Shown: positions 46,519 to 55,932 of the stretch, in pieces
Layout of the letters: each line of letters opens with the position of its first letter
How positions within the stretch are numbered: position 1 is the stretch's first letter
Source: a virus
Virus record (IMG/VR): IMGVR_UViG_3300032285_001029
Location: 32,001-96,000 of that record
Direction: 5' to 3' (one strand)
DNA: 64,000 bases
Translations under genes and position numbers: made by a program
The notes under the pieces: generated by a model
Told to the model about the DNA's origin: nothing
What the model saw: the letters and a program-made list of their open reading frames with translations, nothing else
Databases searched by the model: none

Positions 46519-47811
46519 TTATTGACTTTGTGTAGTTTCTAAACGAACACCGGCTGAATTACTGTCTGGACGGGGAATCTCAGCACCACTGTTACCCCAT
46601 CTTACTAATTGTCCGCGTGGGTACACATTTGGATCAGCAAATATTCCTAGACTTGGATTTTTACGAACTACTATGCACTTATGTGCTGTAACTTTAGTTA
46701 CCCAGTATTCGTGATCGTCATCGTCCCAAGCTGTTAAACTTGCTTGACCTAGTGCTGCAGGAGCGTGTGCATATAATCTTGCACTGACTACACTACCAAC
46801 AGCAGCTTTTAAAATATATGTTCGTGTACCACGTTGTCTAATAACATCAGTATCTCGAACTTGGCCGTTAATATATGATTTGAATAACAAAGTATATCTT
46901 GAACTAGAGCTGCCACCGACATTAGTATCAGTAGTATTCCAATCAAACCCATCGATCGATGCGTTACCTGTTGCAAATGCAATAGTAGTATCTTGGCGTA
47001 CATAACCACGATTACGATTTGCACCTGTTCCATTTAATACATCAATGCTTAATACTCTATATGTTGTGTTGACTGTTAAACCTGTACCTTCTGTAGAAGT
47101 TGTTACAACTGATGTAATATCTCCTGGCAATGCTGTGTAGTTACCACGATTTGTAATGTTAAGTGTTTTAGCAGTCCACTGACCATCTAAATTAATAGTT
47201 AACCCTGCTGCTGCTCCACTGTTTGTAGTTGTTAGTATACCTGTTGGCAATACTGTATAACTACCTGCGTTAGATAATGTTAATTGTGTTACACGGCCAT
47301 AAGGAGCAGTTGTACCACCTGCACCAACATTAAGACCTGTTACTGTAAAAACAGCAGCTTGACTAAACGTACCGCCTTGTACTGTGATTGTGTCGCCGAT
47401 ACCATAACCTTGTGCGCCAGTTCCACCAACGACTACAATGCCTACACCGCCTGGCGTTGAGTATGCACCGTCAAATGTTGTGCTGTTGTTGCCATGTACA
47501 CCTGCTGTTGCAAGAGTATATGTAGCTTGTATTCCTGTTCCACCAGTAGCTGTGATAATGCTAGACATGGTGTAACCTTTGCTGTTTACCTGTTCTTGTG
47601 GAGCTGCTGCGCTAACTTCCATGTGTACACGATAAGTTGCTGCTACCCCAGCTGGCAATTGTGGAGCTGTTATGTTTAGTGCTGGAATAGCAGTATAACC
47701 GCTACCTTTACTGTCGACATAAATGTCAGTGATTGTAATGCCGCCTTCGTTTGGTAATACACCGTTTTCGTTTCTATTACCAAAGTATAATGATTTAATT
47801 GGACGTCCCAT
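46519..47811 (-). CDS. Virion structural/decoration protein (MGRP N-terminus)
   Basis: Start moved from 47880 to ATG 47811, which has an AAGGAG RBS; G-x-G-Y-T repeats; first gene after the capsid terminator. Confidence 0.7.
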   Translation of the reverse strand: MGRPIKSLYFGNRNENGVLPNEGGITITDIYVDSKGSGYTAIPALNITAPQLPAGVAATYRVHMEVSAAAPQEQVNSKGYTMSSIITATGGTGIQATYTLATAGVHGNNSTTFDGAYSTPGGVGIVVVGGTGAQGYGIGDTITVQGGTFSQAAVFTVTGLNVGAGGTTAPYGRVTQLTLSNAGSYTVLPTGILTTTNSGAAAGLTINLDGQWTAKTLNITNRGNYTALPGDITSVVTTSTEGTGLTVNTTYRVLSIDVLNGTGANRNRGYVRQDTTIAFATGNASIDGFDWNTTDTNVGGSSSSRYTLLFKSYINGQVRDTDVIRQRGTRTYILKAAVGSVVSARLYAHAPAALGQASLTAWDDDDHEYWVTKVTAHKCIVVRKNPSLGIFADPNVYPRGQLVRWGNSGAEIPRPDSNSAGVRLETTQSQ

Positions 47812-47907
47812 TTTGTTTTTCTCCTTAAGAAATAATGGCGTTCTAGGCCATACGCGGTTGGATTTCCGCATAAAACTCACACCATGTGAGTCGTTACTAT
47901 GTATTTA
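47812..47907 (-). promoter_or_regulatory. Late promoter plus three-hairpin 5' leader
   Basis: TAAATA at 47902-47907; hairpins ACTCACA/TGTGAGT, TATGCGG/CCGCGTA and ATGGC/GCCAT. Confidence 0.6.
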
Positions 47908-47916
47908 GCTGAGATT

Positions 47917-47941
47917 AAAAAAGGGCACCGAAGTGCCCTTT
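47917..47941 (-). terminator. Rho-independent terminator with cUUCGg tetraloop
   Basis: Minus strand AAAGGGCAC-TTCG-GTGCCCTTTTTT after the major capsid gene. Confidence 0.92.
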
Positions 47942-47966
47942 GAATTGTTTACAAACAAGTAATAAA

Positions 47967-49133
47967 TTACTTGAAAGAAACGTTTTGAATTGCAACTTTA
48001 CCTAGGTAGTCAGCTGCGTTACCTAGAGAAGAAGCTGTGTTTGACAACTCAACATAACCATAACGTGTCATGAATGATACGACTGGTTCGAAAGTTGACG
48101 GATCTAAAACAACACCACTGCTCATTAATGGAATGTATGGGCAATAGAATGCTGCTGCATCGCTCTCACTAGCACCTTTGTAACCGATTAGAACATCGGA
48201 ACCATCTGAGCTATATGTGTTAACGTAGATCTTCATTGCACTGTTCAATGTACCAACAAACTTAGTGTTTGTTGGAGCTTCGAAAGTACCTTCAGTTGTA
48301 CGAGCAAATGCTGATGTTGTTGCGCTCTGTAGAATGGTTAAAGCAAATGGACTTACAACTGCCCAGTTACCTGCGCCACGACGAGTACGTTGAGCGATTA
48401 GGTTAGATACACGATTGATCTGAACAGCTAATGCAGCGTGTTCGTCACCAACGAATGTAGCAGTACCAGAAACTTGAGTTTGGTCAAAAGTTTCAATTGC
48501 TGTACCAGCCAAGCTACTTAGACTTGCTAAGATTTCTTGATCGATTTCAGCAGTAATTTCTTGTGCCAAAGCAGCCATAACTTCTGCTTCGATGTCAATA
48601 CCTTGTTGGGCTTGTGCATCTTGAGCAGCCTCGAATGTCCAACGAGCAGACAATTTACGAGTTTTAGCTTCGACTGTTTGTTTCAAGATTTGAATGCTTA
48701 GTCTATTTCCTGGCAAACCTTCTAGTGTAGCTGTTGAAGCAGCTTTACCAGTCGAGTTATTACCGGAATAGTTCTCAGCAATCTTGAATGGGCTTAATGC
48801 TTCCTCACCTGCTGCAACATTAACTGTTCCAGAAACGGAATCAGCGTAACGTACACGCAGAGTGTGGATTTGACCTACTGGACCTGTCATAGGTTGTACA
48901 CCTAGCAACTCGTTAGCAATAACGGTTGGCATAACACGACGGATCACTGGTAGAATCACGCGATTTAATGTTGCGACGTTGCCGGCAGAAGTGGCTCCAG
49001 CTGTGCTGCTCTCTGATAGATACTTGCGAGTATTATCAAGTGTTACAGACATTACTGATTTTTTAGTGCCTTGTAGGCCTTCTAAAAGTGCATCTTTGGT
49101 TTCTGCCCAACGGCTTGTTAGTAGTTCTGACAT
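47967..49133 (-). CDS. gp23: Major capsid protein
   Basis: LPVIRRVMP...GVQPMTGPVGQI...VEAKTRKLSARWT.EAAQD...EITAEIDQEI...FYCPYIPL...FMTRYG. Confidence 0.97.
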   Translation of the reverse strand: MSELLTSRWAETKDALLEGLQGTKKSVMSVTLDNTRKYLSESSTAGATSAGNVATLNRVILPVIRRVMPTVIANELLGVQPMTGPVGQIHTLRVRYADSVSGTVNVAAGEEALSPFKIAENYSGNNSTGKAASTATLEGLPGNRLSIQILKQTVEAKTRKLSARWTFEAAQDAQAQQGIDIEAEVMAALAQEITAEIDQEILASLSSLAGTAIETFDQTQVSGTATFVGDEHAALAVQINRVSNLIAQRTRRGAGNWAVVSPFALTILQSATTSAFARTTEGTFEAPTNTKFVGTLNSAMKIYVNTYSSDGSDVLIGYKGASESDAAAFYCPYIPLMSSGVVLDPSTFEPVVSFMTRYGYVELSNTASSLGNAADYLGKVAIQNVSFK

Positions 49134-49144
49134 TTAAATTCTCC

Positions 49145-50248
49145 TTAAATTTTTAGTCCAGCAAGGCGTCTAATATCTACGATATTATTGTCATTACCTT
49201 CGCTGCTACGGTTGCTGTTGGAAATTATTTCTTTATTTCCTGTTATTTCTTTAGCCTCTACAAGTGCCTGTCTCTTCTGCGGAGCTTTGCCAGCAACTAC
49301 TGCTGGTAGATACTTTTCAAAACTTTCAGTAAGTTTTGAAGTTTTCACACTCTCCATTAACTCTCCCATGATTTCACGTTGATCCGAACTTAACGGAGCA
49401 AGTAGTTCACTCATGATTGCTTTTCTTTCTTGCGATTCTTTTAGTTTCGCAACTTCTGCTTGTTTACTTTCTAGTATTTGTTTAGCTTCTTCTTCTGCCT
49501 GTTTGGCTTCTTGAATCGCTAAATCTTTCAAGTCTATGACTTTGAGTAATTTTGCAGTTTCTGATTTTTCATTTAGATAGCTACTTTGGTATTCGTTAGC
49601 GAATGCTTCAAATAGTTTTCTTCCGAAATCATTACGACGAGCAGCATCAATATCTTCTTTCAATCCGTGTAGTTCAGAACGTAGTCCTTCACTAACCAAT
49701 TGATCGACTCTAATAGCGGCACGTTTTACAAATTGTTGTTTTGTTTCTTGAAGTTGCTTACGCCCTTCACGAATCAATTTAACCTTAGTTTCTGCTAAGT
49801 CTTTCTTATCTTCATAGAACTCTGCAATTTCACTGGCAAGAGCCTCAATTACGAATTGTTCTAGTTTGCCGAATTTGTTAGCCATCTGCATTTGATCTTC
49901 GTGTAGTTCACGAATTTCAGATGCTAGTTGACGTGTTACAAATGCATTAGCTACATTACTAGCTTCTGCAATTTTCTTAGCGTATTTCACTTTCATTTCT
50001 GATAGTGATTTACGATCTTCTGCGAACTCAACGATTTCTTTGCTTAGTTGATCACTGACCATACGATCAATTGCTTCAACCATAACACTTCTATCATGCT
50101 CATATTTCTGAGCGAACTCTTCGCGCAATTGTGCAGTTGCTAGTTCACGATTCTCATTGATCTTCGATTCCCAAGCTTGCTCAATTGACTCTTTGATGTC
50201 AGCTGAAATCACATTGTTTTCGAATAATTGTTTTAATGCATCCAACAT
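49145..50248 (-). CDS. gp22: Prohead core scaffolding protein
   Basis: Coiled-coil E/K-rich protein between the protease and major capsid genes. Confidence 0.8.
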   Translation of the reverse strand: MLDALKQLFENNVISADIKESIEQAWESKINENRELATAQLREEFAQKYEHDRSVMVEAIDRMVSDQLSKEIVEFAEDRKSLSEMKVKYAKKIAEASNVANAFVTRQLASEIRELHEDQMQMANKFGKLEQFVIEALASEIAEFYEDKKDLAETKVKLIREGRKQLQETKQQFVKRAAIRVDQLVSEGLRSELHGLKEDIDAARRNDFGRKLFEAFANEYQSSYLNEKSETAKLLKVIDLKDLAIQEAKQAEEEAKQILESKQAEVAKLKESQERKAIMSELLAPLSSDQREIMGELMESVKTSKLTESFEKYLPAVVAGKAPQKRQALVEAKEITGNKEIISNSNRSSEGNDNNIVDIRRLAGLKI

Positions 50249-50261
50249 GTGATTCTCCTTA

Positions 50262-50888
50262 TTATTGGAGTTTGCTTATTATTCCTAATAAGCTCTCTTT
50301 GAGATACTTCTGTGCTTTAGGATCATCCTTAACCTCTTGCGCTATACGCAAGGCATTATAACCACCACGACTATTCATCAAGTGTTCATAAATTGGTGTA
50401 GGATATGCTCCTGGAGCACTAGGTTGAGCTACCATATCTACTGTGATAATCTCAAAATCTGATACTTCACCGGAACCGTCCTCACGAACATTCCCGGATC
50501 CGCGACTGGAAACTCCTAACTTAACTCCGCTTTCTAGCATTGTACGGATTAGTTGTCCCATTGGTGTAGGTAAAATTTTCATCTTACCATAACCGTTTGG
50601 ACCGTCCATCCACATATTAACTATCATGTGTGATACACGATCCAAGTTGATTTTTAGGTCGTCTGGATGATCCACCTCTCCAAGTACGCTATAACCATTT
50701 TGAATCTGATCGTTCAGAGTCTTAACAGCCTTGCTAATCTCGCTCACAGGATATACTCTCTGGTTAGCGTTACGGATACCGCCCTGTATACAAATACCAC
50801 TTAGATACAGACTTTTTCCGTCTTTCTCATCACTTTCGATGAGTATTTTAGCTTGGTCGAAACTTAAATTTTCGCGTAAGTGGAGCAT
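50262..50888 (-). CDS. gp21: Prohead protease
   Basis: NANQRVYP, GEVDHP, RVSH, TPMG, GVSSRGSG, DMVAQPSAPGA motifs. Confidence 0.95.
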   Translation of the reverse strand: MLHLRENLSFDQAKILIESDEKDGKSLYLSGICIQGGIRNANQRVYPVSEISKAVKTLNDQIQNGYSVLGEVDHPDDLKINLDRVSHMIVNMWMDGPNGYGKMKILPTPMGQLIRTMLESGVKLGVSSRGSGNVREDGSGEVSDFEIITVDMVAQPSAPGAYPTPIYEHLMNSRGGYNALRIAQEVKDDPKAQKYLKESLLGIISKLQ

Positions 50889-50901
50889 CTATTTGCCCTA
50901 A

Positions 50902-51789
50902 TTAACGAACACGCTTGCCACCGATTAAGCTTGACTTGTCAACGCTTCCGGTGTTCTTTTCGCCAGTACCTGCGCCTACTAGGCCGCCTTCTGCTGGTCC
51001 TTTCTTCTCTGGTCCATGTCCAGGCTCTTTCTTCTTAAACGCTGTTTTACCAGCATTTCCGCCTACTACGTTGATGTTACCAGTGTTCATATCTTGTGTT
51101 TTTGGACTTGCTAAACCACCTTGTGTTCCGCCAGTTCCGCCTTGACCGCCACGAGCGATATTAGCAGTTGTTCCACCCATATTGTTTGGACCAGCTACTG
51201 GACTTTTAGTGTTAGCACCATTGTCACCATGCTTTGGCATAGCTACTTTTTCCAATGTTGAACCTTCGAAAACACCGTGATGTACGTGATGAACTACTTT
51301 ACCACTGCCTTCCATCTCTGGTTCAGCATCCATAGAATCCATTCCATCCATGTTGGTTTCCATTTCCATCTCGTCGTCACCCATGTCGTCCATGCCGCCC
51401 ATGTGATCTTCGCCTTCTTCGCCGGCCATTAGTTGTTCAAATTCTGCTTTTAATTCTTCTAGAGCATCTTCTAGATCCATAACACGATCTTCGATGTCTT
51501 CGTCACCTTCGTCTTCGCTATCGTTGTCTTCAGCGTCATCAACAAAGTCGTCGCCTGCGTCGCCTCCGAAGTCGTCGTCACTACCTTCTTCTTCCTCTTC
51601 GCCTTCTTCTTCCTCTTCTTCCTCTTCGCCTTCTTCTTCTTCTTCGGCGCCGAAGTCGCTTTCTAATAATTCTTCGTAAATTTCACGAGATTTTGCTACT
51701 ACGATGTTATGAAAAATCTCTTCTGCTTTTTCTTGATCTTCATTGATCAAAGCCTCAAGCATGGCTTCAAATTGTGCGCGATCAGTCAT
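50902..51789 (-). CDS. Highly acidic prohead core-like protein
   Basis: E/D-rich tract and Gly-rich basic C-terminus; sits where T4 has gp67/gp68; AGGAG RBS; TAAATA at 51827-51832. Confidence 0.6.
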   Translation of the reverse strand: MTDRAQFEAMLEALINEDQEKAEEIFHNIVVAKSREIYEELLESDFGAEEEEEGEEEEEEEEGEEEEEGSDDDFGGDAGDDFVDDAEDNDSEDEGDEDIEDRVMDLEDALEELKAEFEQLMAGEEGEDHMGGMDDMGDDEMEMETNMDGMDSMDAEPEMEGSGKVVHHVHHGVFEGSTLEKVAMPKHGDNGANTKSPVAGPNNMGGTTANIARGGQGGTGGTQGGLASPKTQDMNTGNINVVGGNAGKTAFKKKEPGHGPEKKGPAEGGLVGAGTGEKNTGSVDKSSLIGGKRVR

Positions 51790-51896
51790 TGTTTATTCTC
51801 CTGTGATATGATACAAGGCTGTAAGATATTTACTATTAACCGATGAAAAGTACCTGAATATGCCGTAAAAACGACATATTTTTTTGAAATTTAAAA

Positions 51897-52145
51897 TTAA
51901 ACAGCACCGACGGGTGCAGGTGGAGGTGTGAAATACATATTATGGATAAAGTCGAGCTCCTGTTCTTGTTCCAAAATATGAGCTTCGCTGGCTTTGCGTA
52001 GCTCGTTTATCTGTTGTAAACTAAGTCTAGTTTTACGTGTATCTGTATTCGAAATTATAGAGTTATCGCGCTGAGGTTCGTATCGCAAATCATTTGCTAC
52101 ACGTCTAGTATCCTGATCAATATAAAATAATTCTCTAAGTATCAT
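51897..52145 (-). CDS. Small hypothetical head-module protein
   Basis: 82 aa, DTRKTRLSLQQINELRK; TATAAATA at 52151-52158 overlaps the portal stop. Confidence 0.7.
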   Translation of the reverse strand: MILRELFYIDQDTRRVANDLRYEPQRDNSIISNTDTRKTRLSLQQINELRKASEAHILEQEQELDFIHNMYFTPPPAPVGAV

Positions 52146-52153
52146 ATCAATAT

Positions 52154-53890
52154 TTATACAACTGGAGCAGTTGGAGCACCCATTGGCACTGCAGGAGCAG
52201 CACCTGCACCCATTTCTCCGGTATCTACTTGATCTTCCATGCCTTCTGGTGCCGATAGATCTTCTGTATCGGTTATATCGCTTTCAAGACCCGCTGCGCT
52301 AATACCTGCACTTCTAAGTTCTCCACTGGCATCTGTGTGTGTTGGGATACCTTTTCCGGATTCCTCACTCCACATGCGTTCGTTTTCTGCAACTTCCTCG
52401 TCTGTTAGGCCTAAAAAGCGTTTTAATGCAAAACGTTTTGACATATATGGAACTGCTTGAATTGTGTTGAAAGTATTAATTCTTTCTGCATCTAGGCTAG
52501 CTTGACGACTGCTAGCAAAGTTTAATGGAGGATTAAAGCGTAATTCAAATAGACTTGAATCTAAATTAAGTCCTTTACCATAGAGATACATTTTAAATTC
52601 TTGGTCAAATACTTCAGTTAGTAGATTCTGTAACCGTTCGCAGTACTTGTTAAAACGCAGTTCTTGAATATAAGCTGTTCCAACACGACCGTCATTATAT
52701 GATGATTGGCTATCATCTGCACCTGTTGGCAGATAGCTGCTAGGAATACGTAAACCACGGAATAATTTGTTAGTAAAAAACTTTAAATCATCAATTTCGC
52801 CAAGATTAGTACCGCCAGGCAATGTGTCAACTTTACTGCCACGACCTTCTGCTGTAGTAGGGAAAAAGTAATCTTCGTTGATACTTAATGGATTATATGC
52901 ACTGTCAATAACGTTTTGTCCGCCGCCAGTTTGACTAGGAATTCTACGCTGATGTATCTCATTCTTAACACGTTCCACAAAGGCCATGGCCATGTGTGCG
53001 GGCATATTACCTACATCAATATGGAACACTCTACGCTCTGGAGCACGTTGAATACGATAGATAATGATAGCATCTTCAAGCAGTTCTTTCTGCTTGTAAG
53101 TTTTAAAAATATCTTCTAATAAACTGTTGCCAAAAGGATATAAGTTGTCTAAACCTTCGCTTAAACTTAGGTGTATAATATGTTTGGCATCGATTGCATG
53201 TTCTGTTTGGCCCAATGTAAATCGTCCGCTAGATCCAGACTGAGGAAATGCAAAACTGCTTGAACCTGTATTTGTTCCTGAAAATCCAGCACCAGCACCA
53301 CTGCTGCCCATCATCTCTTTTGGCTTTAGATTTGGTGTAATCATCGTAGCAACTAAACTATGAAAGTTTGGTGCTAGATCTTTAATTACATATTGCTCTG
53401 GACGTTTGCCATCACTTTCATTAACAATAACTTTTGTAACTTTGCTAGGATCGACATACATCCATTTTTGAGTTTCAGGATCTCGAATAAAAAATGCATC
53501 TCCATATTTAAAAGCATTTCTGAAGATGCGAAATATGCGTGTATCAAACTTTTGTAGTTTGTTCCACTGTTGTAAGTATTCGCCTAATATACGAATTTCA
53601 CTATTAGTTGCTTTGTGTCTCCAATGGACACTAAAGGCAGTTTTGCCATCTTTATTCTTTTGTGTGCAAAATTCAGCTAAGATGTCTAATGCTGCATTAA
53701 CTTCTGGATCGCTGTCCATTGTTTCATACTGCATGTATCTTTCAATTCGATTAGGAGCACCAGCATATACATCCGGCAGATAACTTGAATAGTTTGACTT
53801 AGCAGGACCTGGCTTGCTAGTATTAGCATAGCCACTAATTGGGCTTACATTGCTAGTTTTTACTGGTGAAAAGTATTTTTTCCAAGACAT
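52154..53890 (-). CDS. gp20: Portal protein
   Basis: LLEDAIIIYRIQRAPERRVFHIDVGNMP, EDYFFP, GRGSKVDTLPGG.NLGEIDD, ELRFNKYC.RLQ. Confidence 0.97.
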   Translation of the reverse strand: MSWKKYFSPVKTSNVSPISGYANTSKPGPAKSNYSSYLPDVYAGAPNRIERYMQYETMDSDPEVNAALDILAEFCTQKNKDGKTAFSVHWRHKATNSEIRILGEYLQQWNKLQKFDTRIFRIFRNAFKYGDAFFIRDPETQKWMYVDPSKVTKVIVNESDGKRPEQYVIKDLAPNFHSLVATMITPNLKPKEMMGSSGAGAGFSGTNTGSSSFAFPQSGSSGRFTLGQTEHAIDAKHIIHLSLSEGLDNLYPFGNSLLEDIFKTYKQKELLEDAIIIYRIQRAPERRVFHIDVGNMPAHMAMAFVERVKNEIHQRRIPSQTGGGQNVIDSAYNPLSINEDYFFPTTAEGRGSKVDTLPGGTNLGEIDDLKFFTNKLFRGLRIPSSYLPTGADDSQSSYNDGRVGTAYIQELRFNKYCERLQNLLTEVFDQEFKMYLYGKGLNLDSSLFELRFNPPLNFASSRQASLDAERINTFNTIQAVPYMSKRFALKRFLGLTDEEVAENERMWSEESGKGIPTHTDASGELRSAGISAAGLESDITDTEDLSAPEGMEDQVDTGEMGAGAAPAVPMGAPTAPVV

Positions 53891-53904
53891 TGATTAAATT
53901 ATCC

Positions 53905-55872
53905 TTACATGCCAGTACGACTATTTGAAACTCCAGATGCAACATGTTTTAATTGAGTAACTTGTTTATCTGCAATATTTACTAACTGGCCCATGTATGT
54001 ACTTATCTGCATCATGTGTTGTTTCAAGTCATTAAGGCCGCTATTATTGTCAACTGCGGGCATTTGAATAGTTGGCGCAGGTAACGTAGGCATCGCTGTT
54101 TGAGCTGACGATATTTTGGTAGCAAACGTTTCCATCATAGGCATAAACTGACTCATTGCCGAATTCATTTGTCCTTTAATTTGATTAATATTGATATTCT
54201 TACTTGAATCAAATATTTGAGAAAATTGATCCTTAGTTAGTACAGTTTCGCCTTTATGAACTTTGCCAAAAAAATCATCGGGTTCAAACAGTTGCCCTGT
54301 CATACCTAATGTACCAAGTGCTCTTTCTTGTTTTCCAACATTCCGTGTAACAACTCCTGATCTCTCCTTGGGCGGCACTGCAGCTTTAGGAGCGCCAGGT
54401 GTCTCTCCACTAAGTCCTTTATAAATTTCAGACCAGATGCTTCCTTGCTCTGACATTATGCTCTTGTTAGTATCTAATATTTTTTTCAAATCTGCTTGAT
54501 GATCTCCGGCAAATTTATTAAACTGTTTAAACATAGTGTTAAATTCTACACCTGTATCATAAATTATGTTTTTAGATGCATTAAGTGTACGTTGTAAAGC
54601 AGCATTAGGATCTTCTAATGCTGCTTTTTTCTGCTCAGCAGTTGCTTTTTCTCTCGCTATTCGAGCTTCTTCAGTTGTTTTTATTTCGCCTTGTCTAGCT
54701 GCAGTTATTTGATCATTTAATGCTAAGTTCTTAGTCATACTTTCATTGTACATTTTAAGAATAGCATTACGTTGCTCCTGAGGCATACCTGCATCACCTC
54801 TTGATGCTTGCTGAACTAGTCTTAAAAATTCAGGATTAGTTATTTGTTTATTGTATTCTTCGGTAAACTTAGCTTTGGCTTCTTCGACCCCTACTCCTGA
54901 TTTAACTGCGGCACTGTATTCTTGCAATGCAATCCCAGCAGGACCTAACGCTGTAACTAACTGTGCATCCATTTGATTTGTAATAGCACCGCCAGTTTCT
55001 TGTAAATGCAAACCAAGATCTGTTATAGATTCTCCAAACTGACTCATGTTTGCCATGCTTTGTATTGCTCGCTGTTGTTGATCTTTATCTAATCCTGCTA
55101 AGTAGGCACTTACGTCGGCTTTTGCCAGCTCCTTCTTCAATCCTTCTTCAACTTGTTTCCTACTCATACCTGTTGCTCGGGACAGGTCGTCGATTTGTGT
55201 AGTAAGCATACCAGCCGATTCTATAAGAGCATTTTGTCCTACTGTTGTTCTAGCATCGGCTGCTCGCATACCCATTGTTGAAATTAACAGTGCGCTGTTT
55301 AAATCTTCTGCTGATCCGCCAGCAAGTAAAAATTGATTTCCTAAATCTGATGTTTGAACATTACGAGATAATTCTAAAAATCGTTTTGAACTATCGGATG
55401 CAGTTAGTCCTAGCCCTTGAAGTTGTATAGAATTTTCTTTATTAAATCTAACATAATCGTCCATGGTCATACGAGCACCACTGACAGAAGTTGCAAAGTC
55501 TCCTAAATTGCCACCAAAGTATGCTCCTTGATCTGCAGCTTTACTCAACGAATCATTATAGAGATTAATTACTCCGCCACCTTTTTCCAACGCATTGGCA
55601 AAAACTCCGCCTACTACTGGGATTGCACGTAACGGTTCTGCGACTAGAGAAACAGCATCATTCAGATTGAACGTGCCAATTGTTAATTTTTGAAAAGCAC
55701 CTGTTAAAGCATTAGCTGTACTTGTTACGGGTTTAAATAAATCGTCAATAAATCCAGTAACGCCACCGCCGGAACTTCTACCGCCGCCGGAGCTGCTGCC
55801 ACCGGACGAACCGGATCGCGATTGATCTCTCAAAACTTGTGTTAGTTCTCGTACTTCATCTTCAAGTGCCAT
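53905..55872 (-). CDS. Tape-measure-like / baseplate hub protein
   Basis: 655 aa, helical and A/Q/G-rich; RALGTLG...G.VHKGE.VL motif; divergent from the gp26-like gene. Confidence 0.55.
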   Translation of the reverse strand: MALEDEVRELTQVLRDQSRSGSSGGSSSGGGRSSGGGVTGFIDDLFKPVTSTANALTGAFQKLTIGTFNLNDAVSLVAEPLRAIPVVGGVFANALEKGGGVINLYNDSLSKAADQGAYFGGNLGDFATSVSGARMTMDDYVRFNKENSIQLQGLGLTASDSSKRFLELSRNVQTSDLGNQFLLAGGSAEDLNSALLISTMGMRAADARTTVGQNALIESAGMLTTQIDDLSRATGMSRKQVEEGLKKELAKADVSAYLAGLDKDQQQRAIQSMANMSQFGESITDLGLHLQETGGAITNQMDAQLVTALGPAGIALQEYSAAVKSGVGVEEAKAKFTEEYNKQITNPEFLRLVQQASRGDAGMPQEQRNAILKMYNESMTKNLALNDQITAARQGEIKTTEEARIAREKATAEQKKAALEDPNAALQRTLNASKNIIYDTGVEFNTMFKQFNKFAGDHQADLKKILDTNKSIMSEQGSIWSEIYKGLSGETPGAPKAAVPPKERSGVVTRNVGKQERALGTLGMTGQLFEPDDFFGKVHKGETVLTKDQFSQIFDSSKNININQIKGQMNSAMSQFMPMMETFATKISSAQTAMPTLPAPTIQMPAVDNNSGLNDLKQHMMQISTYMGQLVNIADKQVTQLKHVASGVSNSRTGM

Positions 55873-55896
55873 ATTTTTTAACCTGTAAAAGTAGCA

Positions 55897-55921
55897 TATA
55901 AATAGATACCTATATATTTAT
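55897..55921. promoter_or_regulatory. Overlapping face-to-face late promoters
   Basis: TATAAATA on plus at 55897-55904 (to the gp26-like gene) and ATAAATA on minus at 55915-55921 (to the tape-measure-like gene). Confidence 0.7.
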
Positions 55922-55932
55922 CCGGAGATAAA

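Noticed and set aside
51580-51650. GAA-rich tandem repeat
   Set aside because: It simply encodes the poly-Glu tract of the acidic core protein and is not an array.
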